Shown here: positions 20,689-30,696 of the stretch, in pieces
How positions within the stretch are numbered: position 1 is the stretch's first letter
How the letters are laid out: each line of letters opens with the position of its first letter
Made by a program: the position numbers and the translations under genes
The notes under the pieces: model-generated
The model's database searches: none
What the model saw: only the letters and a program-made list of their open reading frames with translations
Told to the model about the DNA's origin: nothing
Assembly: GCA_050950105.1 (NCBI GenBank)
Contig: JBMNGZ010000001.1
Coordinates: 236,759-300,758 of the forward strand
Source: Candidatus Hydrogenedentales bacterium
GTDB taxonomy: Bacteria; Hydrogenedentota; Hydrogenedentia; Hydrogenedentales; SLHB01
Reading direction: 5' to 3'
DNA length: 64,000 nucleotides

Positions 20689-21838
20689 CCACTAGGGCAG
20701 CCCAGACGCGCTTGCGCAGATCGGGACGGGTTTCTGCTCCACTCCCGTCATCCTGACTTGTGTCCGCTGAGAATTCTGCTCGTAGCGCTGATTCCAGCGG
20801 CTTAGTTTCAAAGGCCTTTATCTCTAGAGCGAGTTCATTGAGAGTCATCTTGTCTATTCGCTTTGGGGTAACATACTCAACGTCATTGATTGCATCCAGC
20901 ACACGTGTTCCCGGAGGTATGGGAATTCTCAGGTCATCCACCTGAAGCGAGTTATTGACCTTGATGTCAGAATACGTGAACGTGCTCGCAATTCTAGGAT
21001 AGCTTCCGTTGGCGAGATTGCTCCTGTCCACGAAATCATAGTGGGTCTCACTCTTTTCTGTCGGGAAGTAAATGCCTGGCGCGATTTCTTGGATCTTCGA
21101 TGCGGCTTCTTCCCGAAGGAAGCGCTCTCCACTGATCTCAATGTAGCTCTTGTAGGCAAGTGCCGCATAGCCAGCGTCTGGATCAAGGTAGTATTCGTCA
21201 ACTCCCGCAATGTTGGCGTCCTCAGGCTTGGGTTCTGCTCCTTGCTTGCGAACCAAATCGGCCTTTGAAACGCGCACTTCCAGCACGACGAGACGCCTGC
21301 CCTCCTGTTCGATTGATGGAAGGATCCGAAACTGAGCCGGCTCCAAAGCTCCCTCGCCTGCGGCGAACGGGTAGACATACACATATCGCAAAGGATTCAG
21401 TGATGTTGACAGACCTTGCGCGTCTGATGTGCCTGGGGGGTGGATTTCAACAAAACTCCCGTCGAAGAAATGGGTTACCTTCTCGCCATCGTAGCAATAC
21501 GAAACCTGTGAGGAATGCTGCCTGTTTCTTCCATCGGGGCCTGGTTTTGCTTCCTCGGCGTCTACATCCAATCGATAGCAGCCGTTTGAAAGATACGACG
21601 CTTCAACATCCGCTGTTCTCGACTGGACTGAGCTACCGCCAGGAGCGCGGAATTTCGTTGTTTCTGTTATCGAGGCCGTGAAATCTGCAACCAGAGAAAT
21701 TCTACCTTGATGGAACGCAACAAGGTCATCAGCGCTCTCCTGAGCGGCGGCAATTCCGGCTGCTCGCGCGAGCAACACAAAGAAAGTGATGGCGGCGAAT
21801 GGCCTGCCCAGACCTCTTCCGCTCCTGGTCCGTGTCAT
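20624..21838 (-). CDS. LolA-like / outer-membrane-lipoprotein-carrier-like secreted protein with C-terminal TM anchor (paralog family)
   Basis: 404 aa. N-terminal signal (FAAITFFVLLARAAGIAAAQE). C-terminal TM plus basic tail (VWAALVVALVGAGALVAVRFYLNSRKK). Lower GC than flanking DNA. Confidence 0.55.
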   Translation of the reverse strand: MTRTRSGRGLGRPFAAITFFVLLARAAGIAAAQESADDLVAFHQGRISLVADFTASITETTKFRAPGGSSVQSRTADVEASYLSNGCYRLDVDAEEAKPGPDGRNRQHSSQVSYCYDGEKVTHFFDGSFVEIHPPGTSDAQGLSTSLNPLRYVYVYPFAAGEGALEPAQFRILPSIEQEGRRLVVLEVRVSKADLVRKQGAEPKPEDANIAGVDEYYLDPDAGYAALAYKSYIEISGERFLREEAASKIQEIAPGIYFPTEKSETHYDFVDRSNLANGSYPRIASTFTYSDIKVNNSLQVDDLRIPIPPGTRVLDAINDVEYVTPKRIDKMTLNELALEIKAFETKPLESALRAEFSADTSQDDGSGAETRPDLRKRVWAALVVALVGAGALVAVRFYLNSRKK

Positions 21839-22025
21839 GGGTGAATCTCCTCGGGATTTGGGAAATGTCAGCCTGTTTTAGAGTTACTCTGTGCAAGGGC
21901 AGGAAGGTAGGATGCGGTGAATAGCCGCAAAAGGGATTGAAGATGAGGGCTAAAACGCCCGATAGCCCGAGCATCCACAAGAGACTCCCCGCTTGACTGG
22001 AACCGTGTGTTTCCTTGATCACGTA

Positions 22026-23138
22026 TCATGTTCCCCAACGATTTTTCAGGAGGAACAGGCAACTCAACGCTACGAAAGCAGGCACGCCAAAGAGAAGAAT
22101 TCCAAGGGTCTTTTGCCCGAATTCAGCTTCGCTCACACTGGAAGTCTGTGGCGCATCAACAGGAGCAGATGCCCCAGGGCTTTCATTATCGATGGCGACG
22201 CCTCTTGGATCAGGGCTTTCGTCGGAATCGAGCAACTCGCCAAACTTCTCCTTACTCAGTTCTCTTGCAACCGTCTTGCTGAAGGCCTCTGCGAATGCAT
22301 CAAGATAGTCTTTGTCTTTCCACATAGTCTCGTCGATATCCGTTACATTCAGGTACTCTTGGATTCGCTCATCAAAGATGTAGATTCTCTCCTCATACGG
22401 GACTTCAAGCACGAAATCGGCAGCATCTGCATCTATCTGAGAAGAAAACGAATCAAGCTCGTAGCTTGCGATAAGTTCCCCCGCACCATCACGCAATTCG
22501 CTCTTGCTGGGCAGGAAGCGGCCGTCAAACTCGCGCCACTCCTTGACGTGGTATGTTTTCTGGAGGACTTGCTCCATGTCATAGAACTCGATCCTCTGGT
22601 AGGTGAGCTTGCCAGGATCGTCGAACACAATCCTCTCCCTGACAGGTCCGCCAGCGACACTCAACTCAAGTGTCTTGCTTCTCGCATCGAATTGATAGGT
22701 ATCGTAAGCGGCTCTCACTGTAAACGGTTGCACAGCTGAGACTATTGTTTGGAAGACCTGAGAACCAACGTCGGGCTTGGGTTCGTCACCAATGAACGCA
22801 AGGGCATTGCCCTCAAAACCGTGCAGTTGGTCGAAACGAACCGCCATGCTCCCGTTCCACGAACAGCGCATCGAGTAGGTTTCCTGACCTTCCGAATGCT
22901 CCTTAACGATGTGGTACAAATCGTCCTGGGAGTTTAGAGTAAAGCGCTGAACGATCTCCGTTGACCCTCCGTCCTTGGGAGAAGCATATTTACGCAGGAA
23001 TGATGCTCTGAACCTTGCGAAGCTCTCACTGCCATAAGTCGTGCAAAAAAGCTTGTAGAGCCCCTGGGCGCTGTCGGTCTCGCCGCCAGCAAGGCCGGAG
23101 GCCAGCACCATCAGGAAAGCCGATAGAACCCGAGACAT
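22026..23138 (-). CDS. LolA-like secreted protein with acidic/Ser-rich linker and C-terminal TM anchor (paralog family)
   Basis: 370 aa. Signal peptide MSRVLSAFLMVLASGLAGG. C-terminus ...GILLFGVPAFVALSCLFLLKNRWGT. Confidence 0.55.
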   Translation of the reverse strand: MSRVLSAFLMVLASGLAGGETDSAQGLYKLFCTTYGSESFARFRASFLRKYASPKDGGSTEIVQRFTLNSQDDLYHIVKEHSEGQETYSMRCSWNGSMAVRFDQLHGFEGNALAFIGDEPKPDVGSQVFQTIVSAVQPFTVRAAYDTYQFDARSKTLELSVAGGPVRERIVFDDPGKLTYQRIEFYDMEQVLQKTYHVKEWREFDGRFLPSKSELRDGAGELIASYELDSFSSQIDADAADFVLEVPYEERIYIFDERIQEYLNVTDIDETMWKDKDYLDAFAEAFSKTVARELSKEKFGELLDSDESPDPRGVAIDNESPGASAPVDAPQTSSVSEAEFGQKTLGILLFGVPAFVALSCLFLLKNRWGT

Positions 23139-23480
23139 CTACTTTCTCCTTAAATAAATACAGCCCGGCGCGATCCCTGTCCAGGTTTCCTCCACGATGA
23201 CCCGCAGAATGAATAACTCCGCCAACCGTTGCGCTGAGTGAAACAGCAGATGTGGTCGCAGCAACACCCAGGTGTGCTGCTGCGACCGGTTCTGTCACTG
23301 CCCTCCTCCTGCTGGCCAGACCGTCCGGCCGGCTGTGCTGAGCTTGTGAATCACTGTCGTTTGTTCACATTCTGCCTGGCAATGCAGCTCGCAATAGGGA
23401 ATGCTCAGATCGTTGAATTTGAGAGCGCAAATCGCTGTGGGGCAAGCTCTGCCGTCACCTCCAAACCCGTTGACCGTCCA

Positions 23481-23585
23481 CAATCCCCCGCACCAATCCC
23501 CCGCACCAATCCCCCGCACCAATCCCCCGCACCAATCCCCCGCACCAATCCTCCGCACCAATCCACCACGCGCCAATCCAACGAA
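23481..23585. repeat. Tandem 13-bp repeat (CACCAATCCCCCG x5 perfect plus ~3 degenerate), non-coding, ~340 bp upstream of the 370-aa paralog start
   Basis: Direct reading of caatcccccgcaccaatcccccgcaccaatcccccg... A 13-nt unit is not a multiple of three. Confidence 0.85.
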
Positions 23586-23819
23586 TTTAGCCCCGTCGGC
23601 TGGATTCAGGCCCCTGCGAACCGAACGACGCATTCTCACTCATTGCCTGTACGACAGATTAGCACACACGCGGCACTATGCAAAGCCTTTTATGGATCCC
23701 TCTCTACCTAATATAGTGCCCCATCGATCCTTACAAGGGTACGACCAGGCCACGCATCGGGAACACGCATCGGGAACCGGCAGGGCTGCAAGGAAATACC
23801 CTCACGGCATGCCCTGGTG

Positions 23820-24200
23820 GGGTTGCCCTGTTTTGGCGGACGCAGGGGTAGACCCTCGTATCTGCCTTTCTTTAAGGCAGCCACGAGGACTATCCGGGCG
23901 GGCTGGCACAGGGGTCTGCCCCTACATTCCGGAACGCAGCCGCGCAGGGCTGCCCAGATTTATCCAGGCCTCCACAGCCGCAGGGGCTATCCGGAGGCAC
24001 GGCCGCGGGGGGCCGCCCCTGCTCCGAGCCCCATACTCGCGGCAGCCTTCGGCGACCGGCTTCCCGCCGTCCGCCTCCTGCAAGATTCGTACGATCTGTT
24101 CTTCGCTGTGGATGCTTTCCCTTCATCCGAGAGTCCTCCGCGGCTTCATAGCCTGCGATTTCTCTCACTCGAACTGTACAGTTTTCGGGGAACAGGCCAT
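23820..24200. repeat. REP-like hairpin elements plus copy B (23984-24198) of the ~215-bp direct repeat
   Basis: Aligns with 18868-19085 at ~90% identity in direct orientation. The two copies bracket the 4.9-kb LolA-like paralog cassette. Confidence 0.75.
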
Positions 24201-24244
24201 CGGGAGAAGAGATCTTGACGAAAGGTGAAGCGACCAGGTAAAGC

Positions 24245-24574
24245 ATGGGCACATGTAGCCGCGGATGCCTGGCGCTCGATGTGGAACGACGCATAAACGA
24301 TCAGAGTGTTCTCGAACGCCTGACGGACCTCTTCAGGCGGAGAGGAGTCCCCGATCACCTCCTCAGCGATAATGGCAGCGAGTTCACGGCGGAAGGCGTC
24401 CGGGACTGCCTGAAACGGCTCGCGGTGAAGGCACTGTTCATCGAGCCCGGGAGCCCATGGGAAAACGGATATATCGAATCCTTCAACGGAAAACTAGGGG
24501 ATGAATTGCTGGACATCGAAATCTTCGACGCGCTGCTCGAGCCCAAGGTCTTGACAGAGCGGTGGCGTCACTAG
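24245..24574 (+). pseudogene. rve (integrase-core) transposase C-terminal fragment, IS3/IS481-family-like
   Basis: HLLSDNGSEFTAEGVRDCLKRLAVKALFIEPGSPWENGYIESFNGKLGDELLDIEIFDALLEPKVLTERWR matches the conserved rve C-terminus (DNG.EFt...PGSPWENGY.ESFNGKLRDE.L..E.F..L.EA....E.WR). Only ~109 aa are present and it abuts the repeat element. Confidence 0.7.
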
Positions 24575-24937
24575 TACAACACCATCAAGATCATACAGCG
24601 CGCTCGGGTATGTTCCTCCAGCACCGGAGGCTTGGCTCTTCCGAGCCTCGAGGCAACAGACATTGGAACGCAGGATGTCAGCCCTGGGTCCAACATAAAG
24701 GGTGATATCGTTTGCGGGGGCAGGTTAAAGCCGTCAACCAGGTACTCAAAGGCTTGGATAAAGTCGAAGTCACTGCCGAAGACTTTCGACAAGCACTACC
24801 AGCCGGAGGGTCTCCGGCGACGCCCGCCCAGATGCGAGAAGATCTCGATGAGTGCTTGGATACGCTAACCAAAGGCAAGGACCCGAATAAGGTCCGAATT
24901 GCGCTTCAATAGACGCAATGGATCGGAGCGAAAAACG

Positions 24938-26053
24938 ATGAAATTTTTACACACAGCAGACTGGCAGATCGGCATGAAAGCGGAATCTGTAGGGACCGCG
25001 AGGCAGCGAGTCCGAGAGGAACGCCTGCAGGCCGGTCGAAGAGCGATTGATTTGGCTAAAGAGAATTCTGTCGACTTCATCCTGGTTGCCGGTGACTTGT
25101 TTGAAGACAACGCTGTGGATCGAAGCTTGGTCCAGAAGGTTGCTGATATCCTCAGGGCCTTTGAAGGGCCCGTCTACATAATCCCCGGCAATCACGACCC
25201 ACTGGTGCCGGGTTCGGTCTGGGACCATCCGGCTTGGAAGTCCTCAGACAATCTGGTCATACTGGCGGATGAGAAGCCTCTCGGATTGGACAGTTGCACG
25301 CTCTTCCCCTGCCCGATCTACGAAAAACACTCAAGTAGGAACCCAAGCGCATGGATCGAAGCGGAAACCGGCAAATCCATCAATATCGGTCTGGCCCACG
25401 GCACAGTAGAAGGCGTTCAACAAGACGAGCTCGACTACCCCATCCCCCGTGATGCCGCAGAGAGGGCCGGCCTTGACTACCTTGCGCTGGGCCATTGGCA
25501 CTCCACAACGACCTACCCATCAACCGATGGCGCTACGAGAATGGCCTATTCGGGCACGCACGAGGCTTCCAAGTTTGGGGAACGCGATAGCGGCAATGTG
25601 CTGATTGTCGAAATCGAGGGCCCCGGCGCCAAGCCAAAGACAACACCTGTACGTACCGGCGGGCTTTCGTGGCAATCGCTGCGCCCCGAACTGCGCGAGA
25701 AAGGCGACCTGGCCCGGATACGCCAGCAGATCGAGGAGATGGACTCTCCTGGGAACACGCTTGTAGCTCTGAAGCTGGCTGGATGGCTGCTTGCCGAAGA
25801 ACAGGCTGAGTTGTCGCACATTCAAGACATCCTTGACTCCCGGTTTCTTCACGGCCACATCGATACCTCTGAACTCTTGCCATCCCCTGACGACGACACT
25901 TGGGTGTCGGCCCTTCCAACGGGAATTGTGCGAGAAGCTGCAACGCGGCTACAAAACATGGCATCAACAGAAAATGCCGGCAACGAGTCCCCGCAAATCG
26001 CTGTTCGGGCTCTCATGGAACTCTACGCCATCGCAGGGGGGGCAGGCCAATGA
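24938..26053 (+). CDS. sbcD: SbcD/Mre11-like metallophosphoesterase nuclease
   Basis: MKFLHTADWQIG ... FILVAGDLFE ... IIPGNHD are the phosphoesterase motifs of SbcD. Its stop overlaps the sbcC start codon (ATGA). Confidence 0.8.
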   Translation: MKFLHTADWQIGMKAESVGTARQRVREERLQAGRRAIDLAKENSVDFILVAGDLFEDNAVDRSLVQKVADILRAFEGPVYIIPGNHDPLVPGSVWDHPAWKSSDNLVILADEKPLGLDSCTLFPCPIYEKHSSRNPSAWIEAETGKSINIGLAHGTVEGVQQDELDYPIPRDAAERAGLDYLALGHWHSTTTYPSTDGATRMAYSGTHEASKFGERDSGNVLIVEIEGPGAKPKTTPVRTGGLSWQSLRPELREKGDLARIRQQIEEMDSPGNTLVALKLAGWLLAEEQAELSHIQDILDSRFLHGHIDTSELLPSPDDDTWVSALPTGIVREAATRLQNMASTENAGNESPQIAVRALMELYAIAGGAGQ

Positions 26054-28758
26054 TACTCCACTCGCTCACACTATCCGGCTGGCGCAGCTTTCTTAAAGAA
26101 GTTGTCGTTGGACCCCTTTCCGATGGTCTAAACATCATTCACGGACCAAACGGCACAGGCAAATCGACCCTATTTGAGGCGCTCTGTCGAGGTCTTCTCG
26201 ATGGGCACAGCGTTGGGGGGCAGGACATCAACGCCATCCAGCCTTGGGGGCGTGATTTGTCCCCTGCGGTCACGGTGGAGTTCTCCCATAACGGCACCGA
26301 GTATCGGATCGCAAAGCAGTTCTTAAGTGGCGCGCATTCCAAGCTCGAGCGAAAGGAGGACGGCAAGTATCGGCCTCTCGCAAACGGAAGAGCTGCGGAC
26401 GACCAAGTGCGCGAATTGCTGACGAAGAACCCTCCCGGCCGCGGCTTGTCTCAGCCCAAAAACTGGGGATTAGCCCAGGCCCTCTGGGCTCCTCAAGGGA
26501 GCCTCCTGCTGAGTGACCTGTCGGGAGATTTGATCTCTGATATCCGGGATGCTCTAGGGGTCCAGTTGTCCGACACATCGGCAGGATTGATCGAAAGGCG
26601 GGTCGAGGAGGTCTATCTCCAGTTCTTCACTCCAACCGGAAGAATAAGGACCGGCTCCTCAGCACCCGAATTGGTTCACGTACAGGAAGGTCTGGAGAAA
26701 GCCCGACATGTGCGGCAGGAAGCCTCCGAGCGCCTTCTCGACTATGAAGAGACATCCCGCAAGGTCGAAGACTTACGAGCACGCCGGGCCCAAGCGCGCT
26801 TGGACGCGGAGGAGTTGACCAAGACCATCAAGCAATCACGCGGCGCGGCGGAAACGTATCGCGCGTTGTTGAGTGAAGCCGGGAAGAAAAGAAGTGCCGC
26901 GTCTACTGCGGAAGCTCAATATGGGCAGTTGAAGCAGCACATCGACACGATCCAAGGCGCCCAGACGGAACTCTCCGACGCTCAAAGTGAACAGAAGGTA
27001 TTGTCTGAAGATGCTCCAGGAAGACGCCGTGAAGTGGAATCTCGGGAGAAGGAACTTTTCGATGCGAAGGCGGCCCTGGAAAATGCACAAAAGGGGCGGG
27101 ATGAGGTAGACCAGGCGGAACAACGAGCCCGTGCCGCTCGCCGATACGTGTCGTCATTGAATGACGTGGAAGAACTTGACAAGAGAATAGGCAGGATAGA
27201 AACAGCCGAAGAACAGCTTAAACTGGCCCAACACGCGCGGACAGCACTCGTAGCCCCCGACAGGCGGACGATCACGGCTATCAGAAAAGCTGTCAAACAA
27301 CGCGATGATGCGCAAGTCCTCATTGACGCCTCTTTGATCACGCTCGAGGTTGTGCCGCAGAGGGCGGGCAGTATCGATGTGGTCGCTGGGGAAGAAACAG
27401 GTACGAAGAAGCTCTCGACGGGGAAACCGGTGCTGATCAAGGGTTCACCGGAAGTGGTTGCCGAGCTGGAAGGCATTGCCCGGTTCCGGGCCTCGGGCCC
27501 AACTGGTGATGTCGATGAACATCGTCAGCAACTCCAGCGCGCACAGGAACGTATCAGCGAGCTTTCCAAACCTTACGGGACGGATGACATCGACAGTCTC
27601 GAAGCTCTTCTCGAAAAAGCCAAAGTCTTGGATTCTGCTGTGAACAAGGCGGAGACAGAGCGCGAGGCCATTCTCGATAACGACGCGCTCGATGAGTTAA
27701 AACAGGAACGCGCCACGCTGGATGCAACCCTTACCGAACTGCGAAAAGACTACCCTCAGTGGGAGGAGGAATCTCCCCAACCAGAGGCATTGGAGGGCCA
27801 CGCTAGAGACCTGAGACGTGAGCTTGACGAAAAGGTGGCCGTGGCGGATGGGAAGAGAGAAAAGGCCCAGGCAGCGTTTTCAGAAGCAAATGAACAGGAG
27901 AAGATCCTCTTGACTCGCTTGTCCGGTGTCGAGAAACAGGTTGGCCGTCTGCAGGAACGACTGAGCGAACTGACCAAGGATGGGAAGACGACGGAAGAAC
28001 GCGACGAAGAACTCAGGAAGCTTCTCATGGCCTGGGATGCTGCAAAGGCAAGTCAAGACGATCTCGAAGAGAAGTTGAAGGCCTATGAAGATGACCCTTC
28101 AGCCACCCTTGAAAAACTCGAAAACCAACAGGTTGCGGCTGAGGAAGCAGTGGCCGAAGCGCGAGACAAGGAGATGTCGGCGGAAGGCCGGCTGGAGTCT
28201 TTGGCAGCACGGGGGCCGTACTCGGCCTTTGTCGCTGCTGAGGAAGAGGTCGAACGGCTCGAAGACGCGGCCAGCCGCGAACAACTTCGAGTTGATGCGA
28301 TCAAACTCCTCTATGACACCGTTCAGCAGTGCCGATCCGAGGCCGTGGCCACGGTCGCCAAGCCGGTTGAACAGACGGCCACGCGTTTCCTCCAACGCAT
28401 TGCGGGACGCAGGATAGGCCAAGTCCAATTGGGCGAGGCGTTCGCGCCCTCCGCCGTGGTACCCGAGACGCTAGAAGAAGCGGTGGATATCAACAATCTC
28501 TCTGGCGGCGAGAAGGAACAGCTCTACCTTGCTACCCGACTCGCCCTGGCCGAGGTGCTGGCTAAACAGGAGCGTCAGCTCGTGGTCCTTGACGACGTCC
28601 TGACCGCCACCGACACAGGCCGGTTCGCACGCATAATGAATATCCTCGAGGATGCGACTCAACAGCTGCAGATCCTTGTTTTGACCTGCCACCCCGAGCG
28701 CTACCGAGGACTGGCAGGAGCAGAGTTTTTCGACTTGGAGGCATTGATTAACACCTAA
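26050..28758 (+). CDS. sbcC: SbcC/Rad50-like ATPase with coiled coil
   Basis: Start at MILHSLTLSGWRSF. Walker A GPNGTGKSTLFEA. Long coiled-coil middle. C-terminal signature LSGGEKEQLYLATRLALAEVL plus Walker B LVVLDDVL. Confidence 0.8.
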   Translation: MILHSLTLSGWRSFLKEVVVGPLSDGLNIIHGPNGTGKSTLFEALCRGLLDGHSVGGQDINAIQPWGRDLSPAVTVEFSHNGTEYRIAKQFLSGAHSKLERKEDGKYRPLANGRAADDQVRELLTKNPPGRGLSQPKNWGLAQALWAPQGSLLLSDLSGDLISDIRDALGVQLSDTSAGLIERRVEEVYLQFFTPTGRIRTGSSAPELVHVQEGLEKARHVRQEASERLLDYEETSRKVEDLRARRAQARLDAEELTKTIKQSRGAAETYRALLSEAGKKRSAASTAEAQYGQLKQHIDTIQGAQTELSDAQSEQKVLSEDAPGRRREVESREKELFDAKAALENAQKGRDEVDQAEQRARAARRYVSSLNDVEELDKRIGRIETAEEQLKLAQHARTALVAPDRRTITAIRKAVKQRDDAQVLIDASLITLEVVPQRAGSIDVVAGEETGTKKLSTGKPVLIKGSPEVVAELEGIARFRASGPTGDVDEHRQQLQRAQERISELSKPYGTDDIDSLEALLEKAKVLDSAVNKAETEREAILDNDALDELKQERATLDATLTELRKDYPQWEEESPQPEALEGHARDLRRELDEKVAVADGKREKAQAAFSEANEQEKILLTRLSGVEKQVGRLQERLSELTKDGKTTEERDEELRKLLMAWDAAKASQDDLEEKLKAYEDDPSATLEKLENQQVAAEEAVAEARDKEMSAEGRLESLAARGPYSAFVAAEEEVERLEDAASREQLRVDAIKLLYDTVQQCRSEAVATVAKPVEQTATRFLQRIAGRRIGQVQLGEAFAPSAVVPETLEEAVDINNLSGGEKEQLYLATRLALAEVLAKQERQLVVLDDVLTATDTGRFARIMNILEDATQQLQILVLTCHPERYRGLAGAEFFDLEALINT

Positions 28759-28799
28759 AGACAGTTCGAAAAAGAGGCGTTAGAGCGGAAGGAAATACC

Positions 28800-29129
28800 A
28801 TGAGCAACGGGTCCTCATTTGACAGCACGAAGGAATCTCTAAAAAAAGTTTTGGATGATATCGCCTCAGGAACGACCCAACTTCCTGACTTCCAGCGGGG
28901 CTGGGTCTGGGATGATAATCATGTCAAGAGCTTACTTGCCAGGGCGCATTCAAGCTCTAAGTGCACGCAAGGCGATTTTTCGTTTTTGCAGGAAGACTTC
29001 ATTGGGGGTTCGGTATCCGAGGCATTTTTTGGCCGGTTGTTTAGTTCATCGGCTATCGCCTGTAGTTTTTCTTATGTAGTGGCGGCTGCCCGTGGCCGCG
29101 CATCCGGATACCCCTGGGGCTGCCTTTAA
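28800..29129 (+). pseudogene. DUF262 (GmrSD/ParB-like nuclease N-terminal domain) gene fragment truncated by a REP-like element
   Basis: LPDFQRGWVWDDNHVKSLL is the DUF262 signature. The ORF runs straight into the inverted hairpin element at ~29110-29180 and has no DUF1524/HNH continuation. Confidence 0.6.
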
Positions 29130-29441
29130 GAAGGGCAGACACAGGGGTTTGCCCCTACGCGCTGCGCAAATCAGTCCCCATGGCCGCCCATCCGGATAGC
29201 ACGCGCGGTTACTCTGTTCGACAAAAAATTCCGATTCGATTTCTTGTACACTTGAAGGATTCGTCAGAGACGAACCCAATCTTGGCAACCCCATTCCTTG
29301 TAGAGATACTCATGTGCGCGTGCAGAGGGCGCCTCCCGGGGGGGCAATAAATCGTGGCAAACCCTCTCACTCTGAGTGGTACATAAACTGGGGGCAGGTC
29401 AAACGTGCTCTAAGAGATACCCAAAGGGCCTCGCCCCAAAC

Positions 29442-30696
29442 TCAGATCTGCAGGGCATCGCCAAGATTGAATAGCGGCAACAGCATGGCAAGGACGATGA
29501 ATCCGACGACGGTGCCCAGAAACAAGATCATAGCGGGTTCGAGCAGGGTCATGAGCACGCGCACTTCGCGGTCCACTTCGCGTTCGTTCTCTTCGGCGAG
29601 GTGTTGGAGCGAGCTACTCAGCTCGCCGCTTCTTTCTCCGATCTCGGCTATGCTGGCCGTCATATCGGGAAACAGAGGCTCTTTGGATAAAGCAGTGCTA
29701 AGCAGTTCTCCGTCTCGAACGGATTGGCCCATTCGCTGAAGCGCCTCGGTGTACAGTGGGTTTTTGAGCGTGGACGCGGTGATGCGAAGTGCGTTGACGA
29801 TGGGAAGTCCGCTCGACAGCAGCGTGGCGAGCGTTCGGGAGAAAGCGGCGACTTCGGCCTTGCGGATGAGGTTACGGATGAGGGGAAGCCGGAGCGATAT
29901 CGAGGCAAGGAAGCGTTTGCCTCTGTTTGACCGCAGGGACCGTTTTCGCGAGAAAAAAAGGCCGCAGCAAGAAGCATGGCCGCCAACCACCATCCGTCCC
30001 GGGCAAACCGGCTACTGGTGATCAGCATGCGCGTGGGGAGCGGCAAAGTCTGTCCCGTTTTCCTCAAAGACATTGACAAACATCGGCACCACGAACGCTA
30101 TCATTACGGTGACGGTCAGCAGTCCGAGAGCAATCATTACAGCGGGATACACCATGGCCATCTTTACCCGCGCCATGATGTCTTCCCGCTTTTCGCCGAC
30201 ATCGGCCAGGCGCTCAAGGACTTCGACCAATCTTCCGCTTTCCTCCCCGGAACGTACGAGATTCACGTACATGGGGCTGAAGATCCCGGAGTAAGCCGAC
30301 AATGCTTGAGAGAAGGTCTGCCCGTCCTCTATCTTGTCGCGAATACCCCGCAGAAACCGACGACCATGTGGCGTTGGCAGCGCGCTTGGACAGGGTTTCC
30401 AGGACCTGGGCCAGCGGGAGGCCCGCCTTGAGCAGGTTGGCGGAATCGCGCGTGGTCCGCACCAAAGCCCGATGCTTCAGTGGTGCGAATGGGCCGATAC
30501 CCAGCCGGAGCCTGCTGGCCTGCCCTTTGTCTGCTTCGTGAATGGTGAGAACGTGGTAGCCTTTTGCCGCCAGGGCTGCAACCGCCGCCTTGTCGCTATC
30601 GGCCTCCACTTCGCCTGTGACCGGCGGGCCCGGTTCTCGTAGCGCTTCGTAGAAGTAATCAGGCATGCAACCCTTTCCCAGAACCTTCCATCCCAA
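29442..30696 (-). pseudogene. gspF: Type II secretion inner-membrane platform protein GspF, disrupted (frameshift near 30214-30302 and in-frame TAG at 30012-30014)
   Basis: Three ORF pieces each match consecutive parts of GspF: the N-terminal MPDYFYEAL...KGYHVLTIHE, the middle PMYVNLVRSGEESGRLVEVLERLADV, and the C-terminal half with TM segments. Pieces 2 and 3 are in the same frame and separated only by a TAG. Confidence 0.7.

Noticed and set aside
24712-24912. 66-aa plus-strand ORF just upstream of sbcD
   Set aside because: It could be a real small protein, but there is no RBS evidence or recognisable motif; left uncalled.
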